Below, piece by piece: positions 45,412 through 56,627 of a stretch of DNA of 64,000 nt (the stretch's first letter is position 1; each line of letters starts with the position of its first letter). The position numbers and the translations under genes are program-made. This DNA comes from an uncultured delta proteobacterium (GTDB lineage: Bacteria; Myxococcota_A; Polyangia; Polyangiales; Houyiibacteriaceae), in assembly GCA_963699755.1 (NCBI GenBank), contig CAVOVB010000001.1, positions 1 to 64,000 on the forward strand. The letters are read 5' to 3'. A model generated the notes under the pieces. The model was not told where the DNA came from, searched no databases, and saw only the letters and a list, made by a program, of their open reading frames with translations.

Positions 45412-46482
45412 CTAGCTCTCGTTCGCCGTTGCCAAGGCTTCCAGCTCACGGCGCGCGGCCTGGTGGCCTCGGCGTATGAAGTCGAGCCAGGAACTGCGGT
45501 CGATGAACTGCTCGTAGAGGCGGATGCCTTTGACTTCCTCGTAGGGGAGCGGATGGATCATCAGGCAGCGGTCTTGGATTCGGCGGAGCTGCATGCGAGC
45601 GGCTTCGAGGTGTTGGCACTGTTGGGTTTGCGGGCTGACGCGAAGGATGCTGAAGGTGGCCTGGTGCCAACCGCTGTGATCTTCGCCGCTGAAGTTCTCG
45701 GGATAGAAGGCGTTGACGCCGATGTAGAAGTCGATTTCGGGGTGGTTGTCGACGAGTGGGTCGACTGGAAAGACGTTGACCACGCCACCGTCGCCGCACT
45801 GGGCGCCGTCGACCTCGAAGGGGCGCATGAACAGCGGAAGGGTGACCGCTGCGCGAACGACTTGGTGCAAGGGCATCTCGGGGCGGGTGCGGGTGCCGAG
45901 GTAGAGCAGGCGGTTGTGGTCCATGTCCCAAATGTTGGCATAGAAGGGGATCGGCAAGGTGCCGACGGGGACTTGGCCGAGGCGCTCTTCGTAGAGTCGG
46001 CCGATTGGTTCCGTATTGAGCAAGCCCGTGAAGCCTCGACCGAGGGCGAAGGGCAACTTGAGTAACTGGCTCCAATCGGGATCGATGTAATCGCGCTGCC
46101 GAAAGCTCAGGAGGAAGGCGGCCGTCTGCTCGGCGTCGAGCCCGGCGGAGAGGGGAGCGAGGGTCATCGCCGAGCCCGAGCAGGTGGAGATGCCGCCCAG
46201 CTCGAGCCCAGCTTCCTCGAGCGCGCGCGCGACACCGACGGCGCAGACCATGGCGCCTCCGCCGCCTGTGGCGACGAGCCCTATTCGCTTACCTGCCAAG
46301 GCCGGAACGTGGAGTGGTGTGAAGGGGGGGAAAATGTCGCCGTCTACCGCGGGGGGGTCCTCGGGGAAGACGAGCAGACGGGCGGCGCGCAAAAATGAGC
46401 GATCGGCATCGAGGTCCATGACGTTGGCGACGCGATGGAAAAGGTGCTTCACGGGGAGTGGCGCGAGCAGACGGGCGAACAT
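45412..46482 (-). CDS. patatin-like phospholipase
   Basis: TGGGGA Gly-rich loop, CSG.A nucleophile variant, DGGV..VFP. Confidence 0.8.
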   Translation of the reverse strand: MFARLLAPLPVKHLFHRVANVMDLDADRSFLRAARLLVFPEDPPAVDGDIFPPFTPLHVPALAGKRIGLVATGGGGAMVCAVGVARALEEAGLELGGISTCSGSAMTLAPLSAGLDAEQTAAFLLSFRQRDYIDPDWSQLLKLPFALGRGFTGLLNTEPIGRLYEERLGQVPVGTLPIPFYANIWDMDHNRLLYLGTRTRPEMPLHQVVRAAVTLPLFMRPFEVDGAQCGDGGVVNVFPVDPLVDNHPEIDFYIGVNAFYPENFSGEDHSGWHQATFSILRVSPQTQQCQHLEAARMQLRRIQDRCLMIHPLPYEEVKGIRLYEQFIDRSSWLDFIRRGHQAARRELEALATANES

Positions 46483-46934
46483 GAAGGAAGCGTGGGTCAG
46501 GCTTCGGTCGGAGTCGATTGGTAATTCTTTCGCTGGAGGTGTTTATGGGACCGTTGCCAGGGGACCCTCGCACTCGGTAGGCTCTTCTCTCAGCGCCTTG
46601 GCGCGCGTTCATCAACGGGAGACGAACCATGTCGAGTATCCAGATCGTCGCGCTGGGGTGATTATCGGGCTCTGGATTGCCAACGTATTTCTGATCGTGG
46701 TCTTGGATCGATGGTGCAGCGAGATTACGGACACCATCGTCAGCGGCTGGATCATGCTGGGCAGGAGCGCGGCCTACGAGGAAGCGAGGTGGGTCGCATA
46801 TTTGTTTGCGTTCCCAAACGCGGTGGGGGGCGCAAGCTGGTTGCTCGCGTTTCCTCTCTACTACCGACATCTCTCCGAGGTGCTCCGGGAAAGCGAATCG
46901 GAGTGAGCCGACGGCGCTAACCCAGTGGGCTCGA

Positions 46935-47348
46935 TCACGGCGTTGCGCCTTTGACTCGAAGGACTGGCATCAGGCCAAAGATGACCTGGCCCGCGAGGCC
47001 AACCATGCCGTGAGGGGTCGTGAGCGACTGGGTGAAGTCGTTCATCGTGCGACCGAAGAAGGCGAGCGAGAGGGCGAGCTCGGCGAGCATCAAGAGGGCG
47101 AAGGCGACGGCACCCATCGTTACGCGGGGCGGAATGCGAGGTGAGACCTCGAAACGGGCGATGAGCGTTGCGCAGACGAACCATGAGATGCCAAGCATGA
47201 TGGGGAGCTCGAGGAGCACTGCGGGAAGCTCGCCTACTTGAGGGACGAGAAGCAGAACGCGCACGGTGCCAAGTGCGAACCCCGCGGCGAACATGATGGC
47301 GAAGTAGGCGACGCCGGCTGCAACGGCTCGGGTGCGATGCTTGGTCAA
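46935..47348 (-). CDS. membrane protein
   Basis: YFA..F..GF.LG..RV...VP..GE..AVLLELP.ML; TTGA overlap with the upstream gene. Confidence 0.7.
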   Translation of the reverse strand: MTKHRTRAVAAGVAYFAIMFAAGFALGTVRVLLLVPQVGELPAVLLELPIMLGISWFVCATLIARFEVSPRIPPRVTMGAVAFALLMLAELALSLAFFGRTMNDFTQSLTTPHGMVGLAGQVIFGLMPVLRVKGATP

Positions 47349-48118
47349 CAGCCGAATCGTACTCGGGACGGGACCCAGATCCAGCCTTCGCGTTTGGCCA
47401 AATCCAAATCGTCGGGCTGAAGCACGTCGCCTGCGAGGAAGTCCAGACCTGCAACGGTGCACAGGACGGCGTCGAGCGCGTGGTCGCTTTGCGCCATGAG
47501 CTTGGCTGCGTCCTGGTCGAAGGAAAGCTCTTGGCAAACGGCCTCGACGAGCTGCTGCCGAAGCTCTGCGGACTCCGTGGTGCGCGCCTTGTAACCGGAG
47601 TGCGGTAGCTTGCGGGCTGCGAGGGTGCCGGCCGGGTAGACTTCGATGGCCGCAAAGCCTTCGATGGAGCCGGGCTGCCATGCGAGCGGAATGGGCTTGC
47701 CCAGGGTCTCGCGCAGCCGAGCAAGGAGCGAAAGAGCGGTGTGCGCAGTGCGGGCAATGCGGTCGGCGCCGACGTCGAGGGGCCGCTTGCCGAGGTGCTC
47801 CGCGACGACGTCGTCGGTTTTGCGGCGAAACAAGGTGTTGGTGCCGTCTGGGAGCGCGGCGCCTGCGCGATGGCGGTGCAAGGAGTCGGCCATGGGCGCA
47901 GGCCAGCCGAGGGGGGCGTCGAGCGCGAAGAGCGTTGGCTCGGTTGCCCATTGCGCGAGTCGCTCATCGATCGCCGGCCAGCTCTCGCCGACGAGGAGCT
48001 GGTCGATTCGGGGGCGACCTTCATGGACGACGCAGAGCGCGAGACCGACCTTTGTCGCCACGGTTGCGCAGTCGATGCCGATGACGCGCAACTCAGCGGC
48101 TTTGGCGCGGGCGTTCAT
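47345..48118 (-). CDS. DUF429 family protein (RNase H-like fold)
   Basis: IGID.A, ALDAPLGWP, R.TD, VGADRIA, EVYPA, DHALDAVLC, EGWIW. Confidence 0.85.
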   Translation of the reverse strand: MNARAKAAELRVIGIDCATVATKVGLALCVVHEGRPRIDQLLVGESWPAIDERLAQWATEPTLFALDAPLGWPAPMADSLHRHRAGAALPDGTNTLFRRKTDDVVAEHLGKRPLDVGADRIARTAHTALSLLARLRETLGKPIPLAWQPGSIEGFAAIEVYPAGTLAARKLPHSGYKARTTESAELRQQLVEAVCQELSFDQDAAKLMAQSDHALDAVLCTVAGLDFLAGDVLQPDDLDLAKREGWIWVPSRVRFGC

Positions 48119-48275
48119 GGGCGGAACCTAGCCGAGTGATGCGGCGATGTCAGGCGTGCCGGCGCGCGCGGCGCGATGGGCACGAGTGAACAAATACGTA
48201 TAGACGAGCTTTGCTTCGCGTGTTCTCGTTGGCGCAGACCCGCGGAGGAGATCCGCAACCAAGGAGGGTATAGCG

Positions 48276-48704
48276 ATGCCGACGATTGCGAATAGCGTTC
48301 ACATCGAGGCCCCTGTCGACAAGGTCTTTGCGTACGTCACCGACCCCATGAACGCGACCGAATGGTTCGTGGGCATGATGGGGGTGAACGACGTCACGGG
48401 GAAGGGCGTCGGAAAGCACTACCACTGGAAGTACAAGATGATTGGTGTTCCGCTTCACGGGGAAGGCACGATTACCGAGTATGTCCCCAACGAGCGGATG
48501 GTCGTCGAGAGCAAAGGCGGGGTGACGAGCAAAATCACCTACACCTTCGCATCGGATGCGGGCGGGACAACGCTGAATGCCGAAACCCAATACACCATTC
48601 CCGTTCCGGTGCTTGGGAAGCTAGCAGAGAAGCTCGTGCTCCAACGGAACCGACGAGAGTCCGAGATGTCGATGCAGAACATCAAGGAGCGGATGGAAGG
48701 CTAG
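48276..48704 (+). CDS. SRPBCC family (polyketide cyclase-like) protein
   Basis: I.APV.KVFAYV.DP.N..EW; RBS AGGAGG. Confidence 0.85.
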   Translation: MPTIANSVHIEAPVDKVFAYVTDPMNATEWFVGMMGVNDVTGKGVGKHYHWKYKMIGVPLHGEGTITEYVPNERMVVESKGGVTSKITYTFASDAGGTTLNAETQYTIPVPVLGKLAEKLVLQRNRRESEMSMQNIKERMEG

Positions 48705-48761
48705 GGGAGAAGGCCCGGACCGAGCGTCGGTTTGTGCTAGAGCAGGCCTCTGGTGCGTTCC

Positions 48762-49688
48762 ATGCAAGCGGTCATCTCCGTCGCCAAGCTCAACAAGACC
48801 TACGAGTCGGGGTTCAAAGCCCTGATCGACGTGGACCTCGACATTGAGCGTGGGGAGATCTTTGCGCTCTTGGGGCCGAACGGGGCGGGGAAGACGACGC
48901 TCATTAGTATCGTTTGCGGGATTGTGAATCCGAGCTCGGGAACGGTGCTGGTCGATGGGCACGATGTAGTGACCGAGTATCGGGCGACTCGGTCGATGAT
49001 TGGGTTGGTGCCGCAGGAGATTTCGACCGACTCCTTCGAGACGGTCTGGGCGACGGTGAGCTTTAGCCGGGGGCTTTTTGGAAAGGCACCAAGCCCCGAG
49101 CACATCGAGAAGCTTCTGAGGGAGCTTTCGCTTTGGGACAAGAAGGACTCGAAGATCATGGACCTGTCGGGGGGGATGAAGCGGCGGGTGATGATTGCGA
49201 AGGCGCTCTCGCACGAGCCGCTGATTTTGTTTCTCGACGAGCCAACGGCTGGGGTGGATGTCGAGCTGCGGCGGGACATGTGGGAGATGGTCCGGGGGCT
49301 TCGGGAGAGCGGGGTGACGATAATCTTGACGACGCATTACATCGAGGAAGCGGAGGAGATGGCCGATCGGATTGGGGTGATGAGCAAGGGCCGGGTCATC
49401 TTGGTCGAGGACAAGGAGACGCTCATGCACAAGCTCGGGGAGAAGCGGCTTACAGTGCACTTGCAGAGCCCGCTCGCGGGGATTCCGGAGGAGCTCCGTG
49501 GGCATCCGATCGAGCTTTCAGAGGATGGGACGGAGCTGATTTACACCTTTGATGCGCAGCACGAGGACACGGGAATTGCTGGGCTCTTGCGAACGCTGAA
49601 CCAGCACGGGATCGACTTCAAGGACCTTCAATCGAGCGAGCGCTCACTCGAGGAAATTTTCGTCAGCCTCGTGAACGAGGAGCGATGA
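48762..49688 (+). CDS. ABC-2 transporter ATP-binding protein (YadG-like)
   Basis: [30 protein letters not shown]. Confidence 0.95.
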   Translation: MQAVISVAKLNKTYESGFKALIDVDLDIERGEIFALLGPNGAGKTTLISIVCGIVNPSSGTVLVDGHDVVTEYRATRSMIGLVPQEISTDSFETVWATVSFSRGLFGKAPSPEHIEKLLRELSLWDKKDSKIMDLSGGMKRRVMIAKALSHEPLILFLDEPTAGVDVELRRDMWEMVRGLRESGVTIILTTHYIEEAEEMADRIGVMSKGRVILVEDKETLMHKLGEKRLTVHLQSPLAGIPEELRGHPIELSEDGTELIYTFDAQHEDTGIAGLLRTLNQHGIDFKDLQSSERSLEEIFVSLVNEER

Positions 49689-50446
49689 GCTTCTATTCGA
49701 TTCGGGCGATTTATCTGTTCGAGATGTCGCGCACGAGGCGAACACTGATGCAGAGCGTCGTCTCGCCGGTCTTGTCGACATCGCTCTATTTCGTGGTGTT
49801 CGGATCGGCGATTGGGTCGCGGATGGTGGAGATCGACGGGGTCAGCTACGGCGCATTCATCGTTCCGGGGCTGACGATGCTGTCGCTCCTGAACCAGAGC
49901 ATCTCGAACGCGTCCTTTGGCATCTACATGCCAAAGTTCTCCGGGACGATTTACGAGCTCCTGTCGGCGCCGGTGTCGTATGTGGAGATCCTCATGGGCT
50001 ACGTCGGGGCGGCCGCTACGAAGTCGGTGGTGCTCGGCTCTTTGATTCTGGTGACGGCGCGGCTTTTCGTGGAGTACGAGATCGCGCATCCGCTTTGGAT
50101 GGTGGGGTTCTTGCTGTTGACTGCGGTGACGTTCAGCCTGTTCGGATTCATTTTGGGCATTTGGGCGGACGGCTTCGAGAAGCTGCAGGTGGTTCCGATG
50201 ATGATCGTGACGCCGCTGACGTTCCTCGGGGGGAGCTTTTACTCGATCGACATGCTTCCGCCGTTTTGGCAGAAGGTGACACTGCTCAACCCGGTGGTGT
50301 ATTTGATCAGCGCTTTCCGGTGGAGCTTTTACGGGGTGGCCGACGTGAGCGTGGGCTTGAGCGCTGGGATGATTTTGCTGTTTTTGGCCGCGTGCCTGCT
50401 GCTCGTGCGCTGGATCTTCAAGACCGGGTATCGGCTTCGGGCTTGA
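49685..50446 (+). CDS. ABC-2 transporter permease (YadH-like)
   Basis: ATGA-coupled; Y..FIVPGL, PLTFLGG.FYS..MLP..W, NP..Y.I..FR. Confidence 0.95.
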   Translation: MSFYSIRAIYLFEMSRTRRTLMQSVVSPVLSTSLYFVVFGSAIGSRMVEIDGVSYGAFIVPGLTMLSLLNQSISNASFGIYMPKFSGTIYELLSAPVSYVEILMGYVGAAATKSVVLGSLILVTARLFVEYEIAHPLWMVGFLLLTAVTFSLFGFILGIWADGFEKLQVVPMMIVTPLTFLGGSFYSIDMLPPFWQKVTLLNPVVYLISAFRWSFYGVADVSVGLSAGMILLFLAACLLLVRWIFKTGYRLRA

Positions 50447-50484
50447 GTGGCGGACACGCCGAGCACGCACGAGCCGGACGGTCG

Positions 50485-50745
50485 CTAGCGAGAGAGGATC
50501 TCGTAGACCATGACGAAGGCGGCGCCGACGGCGACGGCGAGAAACCCGAAGCCGATGAACGATTTCGCGGAGCGGGGCTTGGGTTTGCCCGAGAGGTCGA
50601 GGAGGAGGAGCGCGCTGGCCAAGCTCAGCGCCATGATGCTGGTGGCGGTGAGCGAGCCGGACGAGAGCGAGCCAAAGCCGCCGACCAGAAGCATGAGGAC
50701 GCCGAGCCACATCACGGCTTTGCGGAATCGGTTGGCGTTCGACAC
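50485..50745 (-). CDS. small membrane protein
   Basis: Three hydrophobic segments. Confidence 0.5.
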   Translation of the reverse strand: MSNANRFRKAVMWLGVLMLLVGGFGSLSSGSLTATSIMALSLASALLLLDLSGKPKPRSAKSFIGFGFLAVAVGAAFVMVYEILSR

Positions 50746-50872
50746 GGTGGGCCGAGACTAACGAACCTGGCAATAATTGACGATTTGTTGGCAGGTCCTT
50801 CGGTGTTGGAACAGGCGAAACTCGGCCATGTTCAGAGCAGATTTTGAGGCTCTTCGCCCTGGAGGTTGTTTG

Positions 50873-52090
50873 ATGTCGCTACTGAACCCCGTGTTTTCGA
50901 CCGAGAACGTTCGCTACCGTGATGGGAAGCGCTATGCCTGGTTTGTGTCGCTTCTCGTGCCGGCCGTGCTCGGCTGTGGGCCGCTTTTCTATGCGCTCAC
51001 CGGCTCGGTGGCGTCGCTCTGGATCCCAGCGGCGGCGCTCTACGGCACCATCCCCCTCCTCGATCTGCTTCTCGGCGAAGACCGGAACAATCCCCCCGAA
51101 GAAGTGGTGCCTCTTCTCGAGGCGGATGCGTACTACCGCTGGGCGACCTATGCGCTGGTTCCCGTCCTCTGGCTCACGTTCTTTGCAAACGCGTACTTCG
51201 TCGGCACGCAGTCGCTTCCCTGGTACGGCGTCCTCGCGATGGCGCTCAATACGGGGGTCCTTGGCGGGTTCGCCATCAACCTCGGTCACGAGCTCGGCCA
51301 CAAAAAGTCCAAGCTCGAGCGGAACCTGGCGACCGCGGCGCTCTCGATGAGCGCATACGGGCACTTCGCCATCGAGCACAACCGGGGCCACCACCGGCAC
51401 GTCGCGACGCCCGAGGACTGCACCTCGTCCCGCATGGGCGAGACGCTCTACCGCTTTGCGGCACGCGAGCTTCCGGGTGCGTTTCGCCGAGCCTGGACCC
51501 TCGAAGCGGGGCGGCTCGAACGGCATGAGAGGCGCGTCTGGTCGCTCGAGAACGAGATCGTTCGGGCGGGGCTCATTACGCTTGGGGTTTCCGTGGCGCT
51601 CGTTGCGGCGCTCGGGGCCATCATGATTCCCTACCTGCTTGCCGCGTACTTCATTGGGGCGTTTCACCTGACGATGGCGAACTACATCGAGCACTACGGA
51701 ATCCTCCGGCAGAAGCGTGCGAACGGCTTGTATGAGCGCTGCCAGCCGCACCACTCCTGGAACAGCAACCACATCTGTTCGAACTGGGCGCTCTATCATC
51801 TGCAGCGTCATTCGGACCACCACGCCAACCCCGGGCGACGGTATCAATCGCTTCGCCACTTCGACGGAGTGCCGACCTTGCCGAACGGATACTTTGGGAT
51901 GTTCTTGCTTTCGCTGGTGCCCTCGCTTTGGTTCCGGGTGATGGATCCACTCCTGCTGGCGCATGCCGATCGGGACCCGGCGCGGATCAACTTCGACCCG
52001 AAGCGACGTGAAGCGCTCTGCGTGCGATACGGGCTCGAGGACCTGCGGCCCATGGAAGACGCTGCGGTGAGCAATCGCGTGGCCGCCTAA
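50873..52090 (+). CDS. alkB: alkane 1-monooxygenase
   Basis: HELGH, EHNRGHH, NYIEHYG, LQRHSDHHA diagnostic boxes; RBS GGAGG before ATG 50873. Confidence 0.95.
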   Translation: MSLLNPVFSTENVRYRDGKRYAWFVSLLVPAVLGCGPLFYALTGSVASLWIPAAALYGTIPLLDLLLGEDRNNPPEEVVPLLEADAYYRWATYALVPVLWLTFFANAYFVGTQSLPWYGVLAMALNTGVLGGFAINLGHELGHKKSKLERNLATAALSMSAYGHFAIEHNRGHHRHVATPEDCTSSRMGETLYRFAARELPGAFRRAWTLEAGRLERHERRVWSLENEIVRAGLITLGVSVALVAALGAIMIPYLLAAYFIGAFHLTMANYIEHYGILRQKRANGLYERCQPHHSWNSNHICSNWALYHLQRHSDHHANPGRRYQSLRHFDGVPTLPNGYFGMFLLSLVPSLWFRVMDPLLLAHADRDPARINFDPKRREALCVRYGLEDLRPMEDAAVSNRVAA

Positions 52091-52176
52091 ATCGACGGGG
52101 CCCGAGTGGCTCGGACGGCACGCTCGCACGGGCGTTGATTCGCTGAAGCGACCGCCCTATCTTCGTGGGCTCGAGG

Positions 52177-53238
52177 ATGGGTGGTCCGGCAAAACGAAGG
52201 CGTGACGCGGGCGGCGAGGCGGCGCTCGATGCGTCGCATCTTCGGCCGAGCATCCACCCGACGTACGCGAGGCTTCTCGCTGCGGAGCTCAAGCGGCGGG
52301 GGTTTGCCGAGGCGGAGATCGTCGAAGGGACGGGACTTGCCTGGGCGCAGCTTCTGGAGGAAGACCGGTTTTTGAGCTTCGAGCAGTTTCGGCGACTGGC
52401 CCTCAGAGGCTTGGAGCTGACCCGGGAGCCTTGGCTTGGGCTCGATGTCGGCCGATCCACGCAGATTTCGTCTCACGGCCCGCTCGGGTACGCGATGGTG
52501 GCGAGCGCGAATGTGGGGCAGGCGCTCGACGTGGTGCAGCGATACTCGGCGCTTCGACTGCAGATCACCGAGTTCGCAGTCGAGCGCCGAAATGGCCGGG
52601 TGCAGCTACGCATCGAAGACACGCTCGGCTGGGCCGATATCGACGAATACATTTCCTCGCACATCGTGGGCGCACTCTGCCTGCTGCTCGAGACGATGAC
52701 TGGAATGACGCTGCCCGACACGCGCGTCGCGTTCACCTACCCGACGCCGGCCTGGGTGAACGAGTATGGGACGCGTCTTCGGGGGGTGACGCTCGAGTTC
52801 GACGCGCCGGCCGCCGCGATCGACATTCCTGAGTCGTTTGCTTCGACCCCGTGCATGACGGCGGACGCGAGCGCGTTCCGGCAGGCGGTGCGGCTCTGCG
52901 AGCGGGCGGAGGCGCAACACCAAAGCGATGGCAACGTGGCGCAGAGGGTGCTCGACCGACTGCTCGACCGTGAAGGAGATTTTCCGAGCCTAGGCGAAGT
53001 GGCGAAGGCGCTCGCCATGTCGGACCGGACGCTCAACCGAAAGCTCAAGGCGCAGGGGACCGCGTATCAAGTCTTGCTCGACGACGTGCGCCAGGAGCTC
53101 GCCGTGTGGTACCTTCGGCAAACCGACATGCCGGTCGAGGCGATTGCGGAACGGCTCGGGTACCTGGATACCTCGAACTTCAGCAGGACTTGCAAGCGAT
53201 GGTTCGGGGTGACGCCGCGGGAGATTCGCAAGGGGTGA
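52177..53238 (+). CDS. AraC family transcriptional regulator
   Basis: HGPLGYAM ligand-binding domain; C-terminal S.RTL.R.L...G...LGY.D.SNFSR..KRWFG.TP. Confidence 0.9.
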   Translation: MGGPAKRRRDAGGEAALDASHLRPSIHPTYARLLAAELKRRGFAEAEIVEGTGLAWAQLLEEDRFLSFEQFRRLALRGLELTREPWLGLDVGRSTQISSHGPLGYAMVASANVGQALDVVQRYSALRLQITEFAVERRNGRVQLRIEDTLGWADIDEYISSHIVGALCLLLETMTGMTLPDTRVAFTYPTPAWVNEYGTRLRGVTLEFDAPAAAIDIPESFASTPCMTADASAFRQAVRLCERAEAQHQSDGNVAQRVLDRLLDREGDFPSLGEVAKALAMSDRTLNRKLKAQGTAYQVLLDDVRQELAVWYLRQTDMPVEAIAERLGYLDTSNFSRTCKRWFGVTPREIRKG

Positions 53239-53325
53239 GGGTAACCGTGCGGGGCGGAGCTCTATCCGCGCCGCAGTGGGCAGGTCATTGCGGACGATTC
53301 GCTCTAAGGCTTTCGCGCTTGAACC

Positions 53326-55149
53326 CTATCGGTCCGTAAGCGATCCGGTATAGATGCGCGTCCCTGGTCCTGGGGATCCGGCGAGGCCGTTGCCGACCAC
53401 CAAGTCCAGGTCGCCGTCTCGATCCAGGTCGCCGAGTGCGGTCGACTGGCTATTCGCGCTCGGGATCTGGCTGCCTGAATAGGCAAAGCTGCCGCCACCA
53501 TCGTTGATCCAGACAATCGTCTCCGAGACGTTTCCGAACACGAGGTCGAGATCGCCATCGTCGTCTACATCGCGCAAGTGCAAAGACGATGTCAGGAGAG
53601 ACCCCTGGACGAAGTCATGGCCCGAGTCGGTGAATGTTCCCGTCCCGTCGTTTGTGTAGAGCCGACTGCCCAGGGCCGAGCCGCTGTTGCCTGCGACCAG
53701 GTCGAGGTCGCCATCCCCATCGACGTCACCCAGGGCGAGGTCGAGTGTGGTCGCGACGCCCAAGGACTGGCCGCTATCGGCGAACGCCCCCGTCCCATCG
53801 TTGAAATAGACGCGGTTCGGATGTTCGCCCACCGCGCCGCCGTTGCCTTCGATCAGGTCGAGGTCATCATCCCCGTCGAGATCCCCGAGGGCAAGCGTCC
53901 AGGTCATGTTGGAGCCCCCGAGCGCTTGGCTGGAGTCGGTGAAGACTCCCTCACCGTCGTTGACGAAGACCCGGTTTGGCGCCGTGAGATTGCCGATCAG
54001 CAAATCCAGATCCCCATCATCGTCAATATCGCCCAAGACCACCGCGTCCGTCGTATCGCCATCGACCCCCAGCTCCTGATCGCTATCGCTGAAGACCCCG
54101 GCGCCGTTGTTGAGATACACCCGGGTGGGGCCTCCATTGTTGCCGATCACGATGTCGAGGTCGTCGTCATCATCCAGATCACCGAGCGCAACGGCGTGAC
54201 TGAGGTCGAGAACAGCGCCCAAGGTCTGACCGGAATCGGCAAAACGACCATCCCCATCATTCCTGTACACCCGGCTCGTACCGAAGGTATTGACCTTCAC
54301 CAGATCGAGATCGTCATCGCCGTCGACATCGCCCAGCGCGAGCTCGGTCGTTTGGTCGTCGGGATCGAGCGACTGTTCGGTGTCGACGAACTCAGGAATC
54401 AGGTTGATCGGAATGCTCGGTATGGCGTCGGTGCCGTCGGTGCCTTCGATGGCGTCGGCCGCGAGGCTGTCGCTCACGTCAATCCCGGACGGGCTGCCCG
54501 CAACGACCTTGGCCGGGTCGAACGTGCCGCGCGTTCTCAGTGTTGCTCCCGTACCCAAGGTGATGGTGACGTCAAAGGACGTCGGGCCAGCGCTGACCGT
54601 GGCCCCTGACCCCAAGCTGTCGCCGCTCACCGGCAGGCGGAAGTCGGTCGCGCCTGCGTCGTTTACGCTCACGTCGATGTCAAAGGGCACGATGAGGACG
54701 TCGGCAGCACTGGCAGTCCCATCACCGTCCTCATCGCGAAACCGAGCGAACCCCGAAACGATCGGGCCACTGTCACAACTGACCGCCACATTGCTGACGT
54801 CGGCACCGGCAAGCGTGCCGCTCCCGTTGGCGATGCTACAGAACTGCTTTGGCGAAGTGGGTTGGCTGAAGACCGTGACGAGGTAATTGCTACCATCACT
54901 CAGTGGCGTGGCGAAGGTGAAGGCGCCGTCGCTCACGATCGGAAGGTCATCGGCGCCGTTGTTCTGCAAGACCAATCTGCCACCGGTGAGTCCTGTGACG
55001 GTGCCGCCCACGCTGAGGCGCGCGCCCGTTCCCCCACTGCCAGCCATGCCTCCGCCAGAGCCGCCGGTTCCACCGTCGCCCGTGCTGCCGCTGCATCCAA
55101 CGACGACACCCAAGGTGCATGCGCACAAAAGTCCAGAGAGATACCGCAT
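53326..55149 (-). CDS. FG-GAP/VCBS repeat lipoprotein
   Basis: Lipobox VVGC; about 7 LGD.DGD.DLD repeats each followed by NDG.G.F.DS. Confidence 0.9.
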   Translation of the reverse strand: MRYLSGLLCACTLGVVVGCSGSTGDGGTGGSGGGMAGSGGTGARLSVGGTVTGLTGGRLVLQNNGADDLPIVSDGAFTFATPLSDGSNYLVTVFSQPTSPKQFCSIANGSGTLAGADVSNVAVSCDSGPIVSGFARFRDEDGDGTASAADVLIVPFDIDVSVNDAGATDFRLPVSGDSLGSGATVSAGPTSFDVTITLGTGATLRTRGTFDPAKVVAGSPSGIDVSDSLAADAIEGTDGTDAIPSIPINLIPEFVDTEQSLDPDDQTTELALGDVDGDDDLDLVKVNTFGTSRVYRNDGDGRFADSGQTLGAVLDLSHAVALGDLDDDDDLDIVIGNNGGPTRVYLNNGAGVFSDSDQELGVDGDTTDAVVLGDIDDDGDLDLLIGNLTAPNRVFVNDGEGVFTDSSQALGGSNMTWTLALGDLDGDDDLDLIEGNGGAVGEHPNRVYFNDGTGAFADSGQSLGVATTLDLALGDVDGDGDLDLVAGNSGSALGSRLYTNDGTGTFTDSGHDFVQGSLLTSSLHLRDVDDDGDLDLVFGNVSETIVWINDGGGSFAYSGSQIPSANSQSTALGDLDRDGDLDLVVGNGLAGSPGPGTRIYTGSLTDR

Positions 55150-55388
55150 GAGACGCTCCTCCGTTCGACCAGGCCGAGCTCGGCCAGCCCTAGAATGCAG
55201 ACTGTGTCGTCACGAAACGCTTGTCCATGCGCAATTCTTTGGTTTCGTCACGCGCGCAAAGGTTGCGCCGCCGTCACCCGCATCCTTCCTCCGTTCTCCT
55301 GCGGAATTCCGCTCTCTCATTCGAACGCGCCCAAGTCACGCCTGCCGCGCCCTGGTACGCTCACGACGAGAAGCCATAGGATGACGGC

Positions 55389-56624
55389 TTGAAGATTGGA
55401 ATCATCGGTGGCGGCAGCGCCGGGCTCGTGACCGCTCATCTGTTGGACGGGTCGCACGACGTCACCATCTTCGAGAAGGCGCCGATCCTCGGCGGCCATG
55501 TCCGCACCCTCAATCGCAACGTACGATCTGATGTCGGGCCGGGCTTGATCCTGGACGCAGGCGTCATCGAGTTCGAACGGCGCAACTTTCCGACGCTGAT
55601 GCGTTTGTTCGACTCTCTTGGCTGCGTGACGCGACCGGTCCCCGGCACCACGACCTTCTGGACCCATGATGGGGTGCATCACCTATCGCCTGGCTCGATG
55701 AAACGGTCTCCGGGCTCGCTTCGGGAGCGGCTGCGGCATTTCATCGACCTGCTCGAGCTTCGCATGCAAGAGGTCCTGTTCAACCGAAGAACCGACTTGC
55801 CCGAGGCCTCGCTCGACAGACTCACGCTCGGGGATCTGCTGACCGACGCGGACGCGGATCGCTGGGCCGCACTGCTCGCCACCTATGCCTACTCGATTCC
55901 CTACGAACGGGTACGGCAGATGCCCGCCGGCCTCACGATCCCGATGCTGCGCGCGTTCGAGCACGCCGAAGCGTGGGTGAGCCTGCGCGGCGGGTCTTGG
56001 GACTACCTGGGTCGAATCGTCGAGAGGCTCTCGGGTAGAGTGCACACCGATGCCAACCTGGCCCGGGTTACCCGCAACCAGAGGGGGGTGAGGGTAGAGA
56101 TGGCCTCCGGAGAGGCACGCCAGTTCGACAAGATTGTCTTCGCCGCGCCTCCAGACCAGACTCTGGCCTTGCTCGATGATCCCAGCGAAGCCGAGCGCCG
56201 CCGCTTCGCTGCATGGCGCGCGAACCATATCCACACCCTCGTACACCACGATCGAGGCGTGTACGGTCGGCGCGGCCTCGAGCTGATGACCGAGTTCGAC
56301 GTGATCGAGACCGGGCCAGGAAAAGGCGGCTACAACTGCTACCTGAACGCTCTGTGCGGTGTGCCCGCGGATGAGGAGCGCGCCTTCGGACTCGCCTTTG
56401 GAATCGACGCCTGGATCGACCCAGCGAAGGTGGTCCTGCGACAGCCACACCACACGCCCGACTACACGGTGGACTCGCAGCGCTGGCACCATGAAGTGTC
56501 GGCCACCAACGGCGAGAACCACACCTTCCACGTCGGTGCATGGCTTGGGGACGGGCTCCAGGAGGGCGCGGTCACCTCGGCCCTCGCCGTCTCTGCGCTC
56601 TTGGGCGGTGCCTCGATACCGTGA
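55389..56624 (+). CDS. FAD-dependent oxidoreductase (amine oxidase-like)
   Basis: IIGGGSAGL, FEK...LGGH, GAWLGDG.QEG.V.SA. Confidence 0.85.
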   Translation: MKIGIIGGGSAGLVTAHLLDGSHDVTIFEKAPILGGHVRTLNRNVRSDVGPGLILDAGVIEFERRNFPTLMRLFDSLGCVTRPVPGTTTFWTHDGVHHLSPGSMKRSPGSLRERLRHFIDLLELRMQEVLFNRRTDLPEASLDRLTLGDLLTDADADRWAALLATYAYSIPYERVRQMPAGLTIPMLRAFEHAEAWVSLRGGSWDYLGRIVERLSGRVHTDANLARVTRNQRGVRVEMASGEARQFDKIVFAAPPDQTLALLDDPSEAERRRFAAWRANHIHTLVHHDRGVYGRRGLELMTEFDVIETGPGKGGYNCYLNALCGVPADEERAFGLAFGIDAWIDPAKVVLRQPHHTPDYTVDSQRWHHEVSATNGENHTFHVGAWLGDGLQEGAVTSALAVSALLGGASIP

Positions 56625-56627
56625 GCG

